DNA of 64,000 nucleotides from positions 116,566 through 180,565 of IMG/VR virus record IMGVR_UViG_3300048694_001005, one strand, 5' to 3'. This document shows, in pieces, positions 48,330 to 56,339 of the stretch. A model generated the notes under the pieces. The model saw nothing but the letters and a program-made list of their open reading frames with translations. It was not told the origin of the DNA and did not search any database. Positions within the stretch are counted from its first letter, which is position 1; every line of letters starts with the position of its first letter. The stretch comes from a virus. Made by a program: the position numbers and the translations under genes.

Positions 48330-49260
48330 CTGAGTCGTATTGATTTACCATAGAGATTAAATCTTCATATTTAATTGATGATTTAGATTTTTTTACTCCG
48401 TTGAGCCTGTGGGGCATTAATTCACAATTGCATGGATGTGAGATATAATAAGGATCATAATTATATTTGATGGCGTCTGATATAGATACTTTGTGATCCC
48501 TTGATAATCCATCAAGATTCCATCTGCCAGTTTTGCCCCCTGGAGCATAAAATCCTACCCTTTTTAAGAGCTCTATGTCGAATAAATCTGGATAATCATA
48601 AACGTTAAAGCAAAATCTATATTGCGATCGTTTATTTGAATGGAATTTCCGGCATGGGTTACAAAATTGCAACTGCGTTCTGGCTATGAATAATCCCTTG
48701 CAGTTTTTACAAGAGCAATAACAAATTTTGGAAAATGGACCAGATGGATTTACATTGATTCTTTTGATTCTACTTCTTCTATGTTTGTCGGCGCAACAAA
48801 GTTTCGCATCTTTTCTATTTAGATGTAATGATTTACATTTCCTGCATTTGAACGTTTTAGTTTTCTTATTGGATTTAGATTTTAAGGTTTGAGAAATCTT
48901 ACTTTTGGTTGTTTGGGTTACATTATACCCGTTCTCTATACGTTTTTTATTGGATATTTTGGCAGCACACTTATGTGAGCAAAATCGATTTTTTCTTTTT
49001 GAGTAGATTAAAACCTCACAACAATTTTCGCATTTTTTTGGAGATCTGCTATAATCGTTAATCCTTTGTGTTTGAGATTTTTCTAATTGGTTCTTACGAT
49101 TTAATATGGATTTTTGAGATCCTAATGAACGTTTAACCCTATTAAAGCCATCTTTTGTATGTGACGCTAGATAATGTGAGTGAATTCCTTTTGCAGATCT
49201 TACATCTTTACAAATTACGCAAGAGCAAAGTGCTGAAAAATAAATATGGTTGCTGGACAT
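48316..49260 (-). mobile_element. Putative homing endonuclease (Zn-fingers + SRDH domain)
   Basis: Multiple CxxC; LSRDHKVSISDA...HPCNC, paralog of 46510-47184; overlaps tRNA-Tyr 3' end. Confidence 0.7.
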
Positions 49261-49337
49261 GATTCGTTCCTTTCGAATTGTGTTGATGTCTAGGGCCAGT
49301 AGATGTTGACGCATCGTGACTGGCACTAAATTATTTA

Positions 49338-49366
49338 GTCAGGTTCGAATCCTACCTGATCCACCA
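49338..49366 (+). pseudogene. Orphan tRNA 3' fragment (T arm + acceptor strand + CCA)
   Basis: AGG-TTCGAAT-CCT-AC-CTGATCC-A-CCA with no matching 5' half upstream. Confidence 0.6.
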
Positions 49367-49398
49367 ATTAAAATGTTGCAGCGCACATAAATATCAGT

Positions 49399-49575
49399 AT
49401 GGATCGCGAAGACTTATTAAACGAAATCACAGCAGGTTTGCCCAGTGACAATGCTCACATAGCACGTTGTCTTGAACTAGCGGCTAATGAACCTGATGAT
49501 CTCATACGTGCATTTGCTCGATTGTGGCTGGAACATAACTGTGTAGCGATTGCTCGCAGACTGTTAGAACAGTAA
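49399..49575 (+). CDS. Small hypothetical protein (58 aa, not in ORF track)
   Basis: After CATAAATA; MDREDLLNEI... Confidence 0.55.
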   Translation: MDREDLLNEITAGLPSDNAHIARCLELAANEPDDLIRAFARLWLEHNCVAIARRLLEQ

Positions 49576-49581
49576 TCTCTT

Positions 49582-49659
49582 CGGTATATAGCGCAGCCCG
49601 GTAAGCGCACAGGTCTGGGGGGCCTGGGGTCGAAAGTTCAAATCTTTCTATACCGACCA
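49582..49659 (+). tRNA. tRNA-Pro(GGG)
   Basis: CAGGT-CTGGGGG-GCCTG; CCA. Confidence 0.9.
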
Positions 49660-49670
49660 ATTTAATCAAT

Positions 49671-49746
49671 GGTGACTATAGTGTAGTGGTCTGCACCGAA
49701 CGCTGTGAACGTTCTAGTGAGAGTTCAATCCTCTCTAGCCACCCCA
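49671..49746 (+). tRNA. tRNA-His(GTG)
   Basis: GAACG-CTGTGAA-CGTTC; G-1:C73; CCA. Confidence 0.9.
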
Positions 49747-49901
49747 AGAATTTCCTAGGCAGGCTGAACACCTGCGACAAAGTACTTCGCTCAGGTTAAT
49801 GGCCCAAACTCTACCGGCAAACACTCAATAGCTGAGCAGCATGGGGCAGGTCCAAATCCGTGTAATGCGGAGCTCAGTGGCGAAGGAAAGGAAACAGTTT
49901 T

Positions 49902-50024
49902 AGGATGCCTACAGCAATCAAATTGCCTTCTAAGCCGTGGACGGGGGTTCGATTCCCTCCGCTCTCCCCAATAATCTCTATGGAGAGTGTAGCTTAATGG
50001 TAAAGCACCGTAACGTGCATCCTG
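49902..50024 (+). ncRNA. Circularly permuted tRNA-like RNA (Arg TCT loop) inside AGGATGC/GCATCCT stem
   Basis: 3' half (CTTCTAA loop, T arm, CGCTCTC-C-CCA) precedes 5' half (GAGAGTG, D arm). Confidence 0.65.
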
Positions 50025-50055
50025 TGTTTATATTAAAATGGATACTAAATACTGC

Positions 50056-50772
50056 ATGCGCCTTTATGAAATAGACGAAGCAGGACTAAAAAAGCAAATA
50101 CTTGCACGGATTAATCAATCTGGACTACAGATGGTGCCTTTTAGGCTGCGTGATAATAGTGTATCACCTATAGTTTATTGGTCACAAAGATTCTTTGCTC
50201 TTGTAAAGCTGGGCACTGTAAACATGCCTTTTTATTTGAGTTCTGGAGAAGGCGGTAAGAAAAATGTTCCTGCTGGTAAATGGTATCCATTTTTTGGAAT
50301 AGGAGCAGATGGCTGGCTCAACAAATCTTCTGAGCAAGATATTGTCGCGTATTATAACAGCCCAATGTTAAAAAAGGTATCGCAGCAGTTGGATCAAATT
50401 ACTGGAGATTTGAGACCATACACCAACGTATTTCCACTAATAAACTCTACAACATTATTGGATATGGTAAACAAAGATTTAAACCCCTTGACTTACGATT
50501 CTCCAGAAGATGTGTCAAAAAATATTACGGATACAATTGCTAAAATACAGGGCCAAAACACACAGCAAAATACACAAAATACGGTGCAACCTCAATTGGT
50601 AAAACCTATCATAGATAAACTTATACAGGATTATGCCGGTAGGAAAATTGCTTGGAATGACATGATTAAGCAAATTGAAGACTTAATCAAAAAACGCCCG
50701 GACATAAAAGATAAAATCGTGAGTTATTTTAATTCACATCCCAGTATTAAGTCTTATATTAAAAATAGTTAG
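50056..50772 (+). CDS. Putative virion protein
   Basis: ATG 50056 after TAAATA; MRLYEIDE start. Confidence 0.55.
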   Translation: MRLYEIDEAGLKKQILARINQSGLQMVPFRLRDNSVSPIVYWSQRFFALVKLGTVNMPFYLSSGEGGKKNVPAGKWYPFFGIGADGWLNKSSEQDIVAYYNSPMLKKVSQQLDQITGDLRPYTNVFPLINSTTLLDMVNKDLNPLTYDSPEDVSKNITDTIAKIQGQNTQQNTQNTVQPQLVKPIIDKLIQDYAGRKIAWNDMIKQIEDLIKKRPDIKDKIVSYFNSHPSIKSYIKNS

Positions 50773-50784
50773 TCAAAAATTTAT

Positions 50785-50861
50785 GCCCCTGTACGTCAGT
50801 GGACTAGACTACCTCGCTTCGAACGAGGGAGACGGAGGTTCGAATCCTTCCAGGGGTGCCA
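50785..50861 (+). tRNA. tRNA-Arg(TCG)
   Basis: CCTCG-CTTCGAA-CGAGG; CCA. Confidence 0.9.
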
Positions 50862-50869
50862 AAGTTTTT

Positions 50870-50979
50870 AGGATCCTTCCAGCAACTAAAATCCAAACCG
50901 CGATACGTTGGTTCGAATCCAACCTGCTGGCAACAGCAGTAGCCAAGTGGTTAGGCAGCGGTCTCAAAACAGGATCCTG
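50870..50979 (+). ncRNA. Circularly permuted tRNA-like RNA with tetraloop-closed acceptor stem
   Basis: ACCGC, T arm, CTGCTG-GCAA-CAGCAG, D arm, GCGGT; flanked by AGGATCCT x2. Confidence 0.72.
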
Positions 50980-50987
50980 TATTATAT

Positions 50988-51065
50988 GTTCCCATCGTCT
51001 AGTCTGGCTTAGGACACCCGCCTTTCACGCGGACAACACCGGTTCAAATCCGGTTGGGAACGCCA
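50988..51065 (+). tRNA. tRNA-Glu(TTC), second copy
   Basis: Loop CTTTCAC; CCA. Confidence 0.9.
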
Positions 51066-51129
51066 AAATTGAATGACGCTTGACTTTGTATGTCAAATGT
51101 ATACAATAGAATGCAAAGGTAAATTTATC

Positions 51130-51531
51130 ATGGAAATGATTAAAACATATAACGCCTTGCGCGGACCAGTGAACAAATTTGAAGATCTACTGGGACGCAC
51201 GTTATATCGTGTTTGGGAAAATGGACAAGAACTACACTTGTATCTAACTGATACTCATTATGTGCGATTTTATCACGCGCAGGATTGTTGTGAAACTGTT
51301 GAGATTGAAGATATCTGCGGTGATTTGACAGATTTAGTGGGAGAACCTTTGACCGAAGCTGAGGAAGTTTACGGTTATACAGGCCCAGAAACTCATGATG
51401 AATCCTATACCTGGACTTTTTACAGATTCGCAACGCGTCGTGGTGCTGTTACAGTTCGTTGGTACGGCAGCAGCAATGGCTATTACGGCGAAGGTGTAAA
51501 TGTAGACATCGTAGGAAATTATGAAGGTTAA
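51130..51531 (+). CDS. Conserved phage hypothetical protein
   Basis: H.QDCCE.V.IEDI.GDL.DLVG.P, YTWTFY, SNGYYGE. Confidence 0.65.
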   Translation: MEMIKTYNALRGPVNKFEDLLGRTLYRVWENGQELHLYLTDTHYVRFYHAQDCCETVEIEDICGDLTDLVGEPLTEAEEVYGYTGPETHDESYTWTFYRFATRRGAVTVRWYGSSNGYYGEGVNVDIVGNYEG

Positions 51532-51535
51532 AAAT

Positions 51536-51621
51536 GCCCCAGTGGTGGAATTGGAAGACACGCAAGTTTCAGAAGCTTGTGCCCACAAGGCCTAGGAGTT
51601 CGAGTCTCCTCTGGGGCACCA
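51536..51621 (+). tRNA. tRNA-Leu(CAG)
   Basis: CAAGT-TTCAGAA-GCTTG; long V arm; CCA. Confidence 0.9.
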
Positions 51622-51643
51622 TTTATTCAACGAGGAGTTTGAT

Positions 51644-52135
51644 ATGGCGCGACGCAAGGCAGATAAGCCTCAGGTAAAGCAATATGGCTACAAGATAGCT
51701 GTGGAAAGACACTGCGAAGATTCATATCACAGTGGCAAACAATACGGCGAGTGGCGCGAAAGCTACAGCAACCACTTGAGCTCCATTGCCACACACGATG
51801 ACGAATATCCTGATGTGGTTTCCATTCACAAAATTGAACCTGGACAAGCGGCATTGGTGGTATGGGTTGAATGGAGCACGGGTGATAGTTTTGGTCACTC
51901 TGATCGTGGTTGCACTGAGATCATTGGGCTGTTCCGTGATATGAAGTCTGCAGAATCTTTGCGTCAGCAGATTGAATCCTGGCGTCGTAACGATAAGGCT
52001 AAAAAGTGGGATGAGCAGCATTCGTATCACTTTAAAACTCCGGATGGTCAGGAATTTACTTCAGGCTTCGCACCCTGGTCCGGATACTTTGACAGTTTGG
52101 ATTCAGTAAACATTGACTCAGTAGGTGTATTTTGA
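51644..52135 (+). CDS. Hypothetical protein
   Basis: SD GAGGAG; 163 aa. Confidence 0.65.
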   Translation: MARRKADKPQVKQYGYKIAVERHCEDSYHSGKQYGEWRESYSNHLSSIATHDDEYPDVVSIHKIEPGQAALVVWVEWSTGDSFGHSDRGCTEIIGLFRDMKSAESLRQQIESWRRNDKAKKWDEQHSYHFKTPDGQEFTSGFAPWSGYFDSLDSVNIDSVGVF

Positions 52136-52249
52136 AATCAGCAGTGACAATGGCGGCGTGGACTCAACGGCAGCGTAGGATTCGTAAAACTGCGCGTCGT
52201 TGGGCCCGCAAAATGAAACATAGAAATTTAATTTATCAGGAGTAACACA

Positions 52250-52375
52250 ATGAAGGCAACGTATCGCAAGATCAACGATCGCACTCAAAACTCCAGCAAG
52301 TATCACAAGAAGGATGGCACCGCTGTTCGTGCCCAGCTTAAGGAACAGCTTCGCAAAGAAACTAACAAGGAGTAA
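52250..52375 (+). CDS. Small basic protein (41 aa, not in ORF track)
   Basis: SD AGGAG; MKATYRKINDRTQNSSKYHKKDGT... Confidence 0.55.
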   Translation: MKATYRKINDRTQNSSKYHKKDGTAVRAQLKEQLRKETNKE

Positions 52376-52466
52376 CATTATGAAAGCGAGTAAACCATAG
52401 TGTCACTTTAAGTCCCGTCGTTGGGTTTAAAGTTGGCACGGTAAATCAATTTTAAACGACAACGAT

Positions 52467-52544
52467 GGGGGTGTAGCAAATGTTGACTTTGCATCGGACC
52501 TTTAATCCGAATAGACGTGGGTTTGATTCCCACCGCCCTCACCA
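52467..52544 (+). tRNA. tRNA-Lys(TTT)
   Basis: TCGGA-CCTTTAA-TCCGA; CCA. Confidence 0.85.
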
Positions 52545-52549
52545 TTAAC

Positions 52550-52624
52550 TGGTCGCAAGCTTTAATGGTGAAGCAGTAGGCTCTTACCCTACAGAACACG
52601 GATCGTTACCGTGGCGACCAACCA
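52550..52624 (+). tRNA. tRNA-Lys(CTT)
   Basis: GTAGG-CTCTTAC-CCTAC; CCA. Confidence 0.88.
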
Positions 52625-52633
52625 TAATAGAGC

Positions 52634-52708
52634 CCGTTGTGTATGCTAAACGGTACAGCCCACGCAGTGGTGCGTTAGATGCTGGGTTCGAGTCCCAGCC
52701 ACAGCGGC
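52634..52708 (+). ncRNA. tRNA-like RNA lacking an anticodon loop
   Basis: CCGTTGTG/CACAGCGG stem, T arm CTGGG-TTCGAGT-CCCAG, ACGCA-GTGG-TGCGT tetraloop arm. Confidence 0.5.
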
Positions 52709-52731
52709 CTCTACTATGGTTTTTAAACAAT

Positions 52732-52808
52732 ACGCCTGTAGCTCAACTGGAAAGAGCGTTGGTCTACGAAGCCGAAGGTTGGGGGTTCGAATCCCTCCAG
52801 GCGTGCCA
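52732..52808 (+). tRNA. tRNA-Arg(ACG)
   Basis: TTGGT-CTACGAA-GCCGA; CCA. Confidence 0.92.
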
Positions 52809-52846
52809 ATTACATTTGACTAATATAAATATTAGTCATACAATGC

Positions 52847-53707
52847 ATGTTTATGACAGAACGAATTTTAATCATGGGCCTGCCCGGTGCTGGTAAAACC
52901 ACACTGGCTGCGGCACTAAAAGAATATATTGAAACTAATAGCAATCCTAACCACATGCGGTTAGAACAACTGATGTTTGCCGACGGTATACCCAGTGTTT
53001 GGCATGCTAAGGTGGACTGGTTTAACGCTGATGATGTCAGACGTAAATTCAACGACTGGGATTTCAGTAGTGAAGGAAGAATACGGCAAAGTCTACGCAT
53101 GTTTCAGTTTGCAGTGGCCTGTACCGGAGATTTTGTTATTTGCGATTTCGTTTGCCCGTTGCAGGAAATGCGTAACAATTTTAAAGCTGACTGGACAGTA
53201 TGGGTAGATACCATAGAGGCCAGCAGATATAGTGATACTAACAAAGCATTTGTTAATCCCACAGTCTATGACTTCAGGGTAACAGAAAAGAACGCAGATC
53301 ACTGGGCCGCATTTATTGGTGACCACATTTTACGCAACCAACGTAGACCAACCTTTGACTGGCGCAAGCCTACCGTGCAAATGCTAGGCCGTTGGCAACC
53401 CTGGCATCAGGGTCATAAAGCGTTGTTTGAACGACTGTTGAAGCGTACTGGACAAGTAGTAATTCAAATACGTGATTGCCAGGGCTGGAATGGCAGTAAT
53501 CCATTTGCCCTGGAACAGGTAAAGAGCTTTATACGTCGTGATCTTGATCCAAAATATCAAGGTCAGTATGAAATACAAGTAGTACCCAATATTGTTCATA
53601 TAGGTTGGGGGCGCGGTGTTGGATATACTTCAGGCGAGGAACAGTTTGACGAGTCTATTACTAGTATCAGTGCTACAGAGATACGCAAAGATCTGGGATT
53701 AACTTAA
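52847..53707 (+). CDS. Adenylylsulfate kinase-like P-loop domain fused to cytidyltransferase-like domain
   Basis: MGLPGAGKTT, NADDVR, DFVCP; C-terminal LGRWQPWHQGH, YGRG-like WGRGVGY. Confidence 0.75.
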   Translation: MFMTERILIMGLPGAGKTTLAAALKEYIETNSNPNHMRLEQLMFADGIPSVWHAKVDWFNADDVRRKFNDWDFSSEGRIRQSLRMFQFAVACTGDFVICDFVCPLQEMRNNFKADWTVWVDTIEASRYSDTNKAFVNPTVYDFRVTEKNADHWAAFIGDHILRNQRRPTFDWRKPTVQMLGRWQPWHQGHKALFERLLKRTGQVVIQIRDCQGWNGSNPFALEQVKSFIRRDLDPKYQGQYEIQVVPNIVHIGWGRGVGYTSGEEQFDESITSISATEIRKDLGLT

Positions 53708-54406
53708 GTGTTGACAGAATCACTGATTGTTTTCACCACACCAAGATCAGGATCAACTTTATTATGTGATTGGTTACGGGCATTTTTACCTGGACATTAT
53801 CATGGTTTGGAACCCGACAGAAATGATAAACTTAAACTTCTCACCACTTCAACTGGAAAATTTTGGACTAAAGAAAATTATGAAAAACTTTCAACGTACG
53901 AAAAGTTGCTTATTATCGAAAAGTACAGACCATTCGTAGTAAAAGTTTTCCCATATGATGCAGCCTTATGTAATTTGATGACTACTAGAAAAGTAATTTT
54001 ATTAAATAGAAAAGACATCAAAAAACAAACATTATCACATGCTATTGCAGCCAAAACTAATAAGTTTAACGGAGCCAGCACGAATACAATTAGTGATTTG
54101 ATGTTGAGCAAGGAAGAATTTTTTCAAGTAATTTTTAAGCAATTGGCATCCGTACGGGATTTTGATAACATGAAATCTCGTATATCATCACAAGTAATAC
54201 TAGAACTAAATTACGAAGATTTTGAAAATGATCTTAACAATTTATTTGTAGCATTGCAGCCAGTATTGGGTTTGACCGAAGAACATCGCAAACTTATACC
54301 TAATAACTACGTTAAACAAAATATTAATCACGAAAGCAAAATTGCTAATATTGAATTGTTCAATGATTTGTGGGAAAAACATAAACATATAAGTGGTAGA
54401 TATTAA
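53708..54406 (+). CDS. Sulfotransferase (Stf0-like)
   Basis: TTPRSGSTLL 5'-PSB loop; L.RKD..KQ.LS; YEDF. Confidence 0.75.
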   Translation: MLTESLIVFTTPRSGSTLLCDWLRAFLPGHYHGLEPDRNDKLKLLTTSTGKFWTKENYEKLSTYEKLLIIEKYRPFVVKVFPYDAALCNLMTTRKVILLNRKDIKKQTLSHAIAAKTNKFNGASTNTISDLMLSKEEFFQVIFKQLASVRDFDNMKSRISSQVILELNYEDFENDLNNLFVALQPVLGLTEEHRKLIPNNYVKQNINHESKIANIELFNDLWEKHKHISGRY

Positions 54407-54413
54407 ATATTCA

Positions 54414-55148
54414 ATGCACAATATACCAAGACAAGTACATGTTTGCTGGCATGACAAAAATATAGTAAACAATACATCACCACTTGTTCTGAACGGGATA
54501 CGTAATTTGATAGATCTTAATCCTACTTGGACTATAACTATCCATAACGATAATGATATAGACCTATATCTTAAACAGGAATTAGAAAACAGTGACTATG
54601 ATTTGGTCAAAGACAGTCACATAGTAGCACGTTCAGATGTTTGGAGATTGCTTAAACTATATCGCGAAGGCGGTTTGTATGTAGATATAGATCGTTTCTG
54701 TAATAAAAATTTAGATGTGGTAATTGGCGAGAAAAAATGTATTTTACCCATAATGAATGATTACGACTTTAGTCAGGATTTTATGGCCAGCGAACCACAG
54801 AATCCCATATATCTAACTGCATTGATTATGAACCTTGAACGTAGACGTCAGGGTCATACTAATACATATTTTTTGGGTGCGCAAACCTATATGCATGCAG
54901 TAACTAAAGAAGTATGTGGTGAAATTATCAACACAGATCCTGGGTCAGAAGTATTTGCTGAAATTCGACAACAATTGGCAATGATGAACTTTATAGGTAC
55001 TAGCACCGAATTACCGCCCTGGCATACTGTTATATATGAACATGTACAGGAAACTTGGCGTGGCTCCAGTGATTGTATGGACTGGGAACAGTTAAAACGC
55101 AATTTATATGCAGACTACAATGTTAAACACTGGACTGGAGAATGGTAA
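54414..55148 (+). CDS. DxD glycosyltransferase (OCH1/capsule-synthesis-like)
   Basis: IPRQVH, SDVWRL..LY.EGGLYVDID. Confidence 0.8.
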   Translation: MHNIPRQVHVCWHDKNIVNNTSPLVLNGIRNLIDLNPTWTITIHNDNDIDLYLKQELENSDYDLVKDSHIVARSDVWRLLKLYREGGLYVDIDRFCNKNLDVVIGEKKCILPIMNDYDFSQDFMASEPQNPIYLTALIMNLERRRQGHTNTYFLGAQTYMHAVTKEVCGEIINTDPGSEVFAEIRQQLAMMNFIGTSTELPPWHTVIYEHVQETWRGSSDCMDWEQLKRNLYADYNVKHWTGEW

Positions 55149-55813
55149 TGCACACTGCTAAAGTACCCCGAATCTTTCAACCATTCTATTGTCCCGATCT
55201 TATTAGATTGGGCAAAGATTATGATGGCGGTTATCTAGCCAACAAACAGGATATAACTGCCGCATTACTATTAGTGAGTTTAGGAGTTGGTACTGATATC
55301 AGTTTTGAACGTGATTTCACAGACCTTAACAATTGTGATGTAAAAGCCTGTGATAAAGAATTACACAATATTGATGCAGCTACACTGGAATATTTTACAG
55401 GCGGTCGTCAACTGTGTCAGCAGGAGATAACTGCTGGCACACTGTATAGTATGTTAGCTACCGACCACATATTTTTAAAATGCGACATAGAAGGCGCAGA
55501 ATACAGTATCTTGGATGAACTTATCCAACATGCACATAAATTTACTGGCATGGTCATAGAGTTTCATGATTGCAATAGACCGGAAAATTACAATTCATTA
55601 TTGAACTTTATTGCAAAGATACCACTGCGGTTGGTACATACACATGTGAACAATTATTTTTACTACAAAACCGATACTGGACCTATTCCGGATATTTTTG
55701 AACTTAGTTTCAGCGCAGGATTGAACGTATTATATAAAACACAATTACGATTACCACATGAATTAGATATGCCAAATAATCCACAAGACGGTGAATTTGA
55801 ATTGAAGTTTTGA
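55148..55813 (+). CDS. FkbM-like methyltransferase
   Basis: RLGK.YDGGY, SLGVG.DISFE, LKCDIEGAEY. Confidence 0.7.
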   Translation: MHTAKVPRIFQPFYCPDLIRLGKDYDGGYLANKQDITAALLLVSLGVGTDISFERDFTDLNNCDVKACDKELHNIDAATLEYFTGGRQLCQQEITAGTLYSMLATDHIFLKCDIEGAEYSILDELIQHAHKFTGMVIEFHDCNRPENYNSLLNFIAKIPLRLVHTHVNNYFYYKTDTGPIPDIFELSFSAGLNVLYKTQLRLPHELDMPNNPQDGEFELKF

Positions 55814-55905
55814 ACTACTTAGATTTGACATAAACGTCATAGCATGTTAGACTGTGTAAATAGTATGTAAGAAATAGGCAGTAGATAGTTACATAAAGAA
55901 TAAAT

Positions 55906-55980
55906 GGGGCCAAAGTGTTGTTGGGGGCACACAAGATTTGCATTCTTGAAGGCGGGATTCGAGCTCCCGTGGCTCCACCA
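55906..55980 (+). tRNA. tRNA-Ala(TGC), second copy
   Basis: CAAGA-TTTGCAT-TCTTG; G3:T70; A73-CCA. Confidence 0.85.
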
Positions 55981-56003
55981 GAATTCAGTAACAAAGGAAC
56001 AAT

Positions 56004-56075
56004 TGCGGGGTAGTGTACAGAGCACGTCAGGCTCATAACCTGGAGGACCGTGAGCATTTCCGGCGACCGCAACCA
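56004..56075 (+). tRNA. tRNA-Met(CAT), initiator-like, degenerate T arm
   Basis: TCAGG-CTCATAA-CCTGG; TGCGG/CCGCA; CCA. Confidence 0.6.
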
Positions 56076-56080
56076 AATTT

Positions 56081-56136
56081 AGGATGGCTACAGCAAATTA
56101 AAAACACACCTTGTAAATGTGAAAAAACCCATCCTG
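56081..56136 (+). ncRNA. AGGAT-TACAGCAA element enclosing an anticodon stem-loop (TGT)
   Basis: AGGATGG/CCATCCT stem; inner CACAC-CTTGTAA-ATGTG. Confidence 0.6.
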
Positions 56137-56161
56137 TAGATTTAAATGTAAATAGTATTAT

Positions 56162-56235
56162 GCGGGTATGATGTAATGGTAGCCTATAACCTTGCCAAGG
56201 TTGATGCGAGAGTTCGATTCTCTCTACCCGCTCCA
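56162..56235 (+). tRNA. tRNA-Gly(GCC)
   Basis: TAACC-TTGCCAA-GGTTG; T73-CCA. Confidence 0.92.
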
Positions 56236-56241
56236 AGATTT

Positions 56242-56318
56242 GCCCTGGTGACGGAACTGGCATACGTGCATGACTTAGGATCATGATTTTGTGGGTTCGA
56301 CTCCCACCTAGGGCACCA
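56242..56318 (+). tRNA. tRNA-Leu(TAG), short variable region
   Basis: CATGA-CTTAGGA-TCATG; 5-nt V loop; CCA. Confidence 0.88.
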
Positions 56319-56339
56319 AATTTAATAAAGGAGGCAGTT

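Noticed and set aside
55906-55980. tmRNA end (GGGGC...CTCCACCA)
   Set aside because: Forms a complete 75-nt tRNA-Ala with TGC anticodon arm; no tag reading frame or tmRNA body seen.
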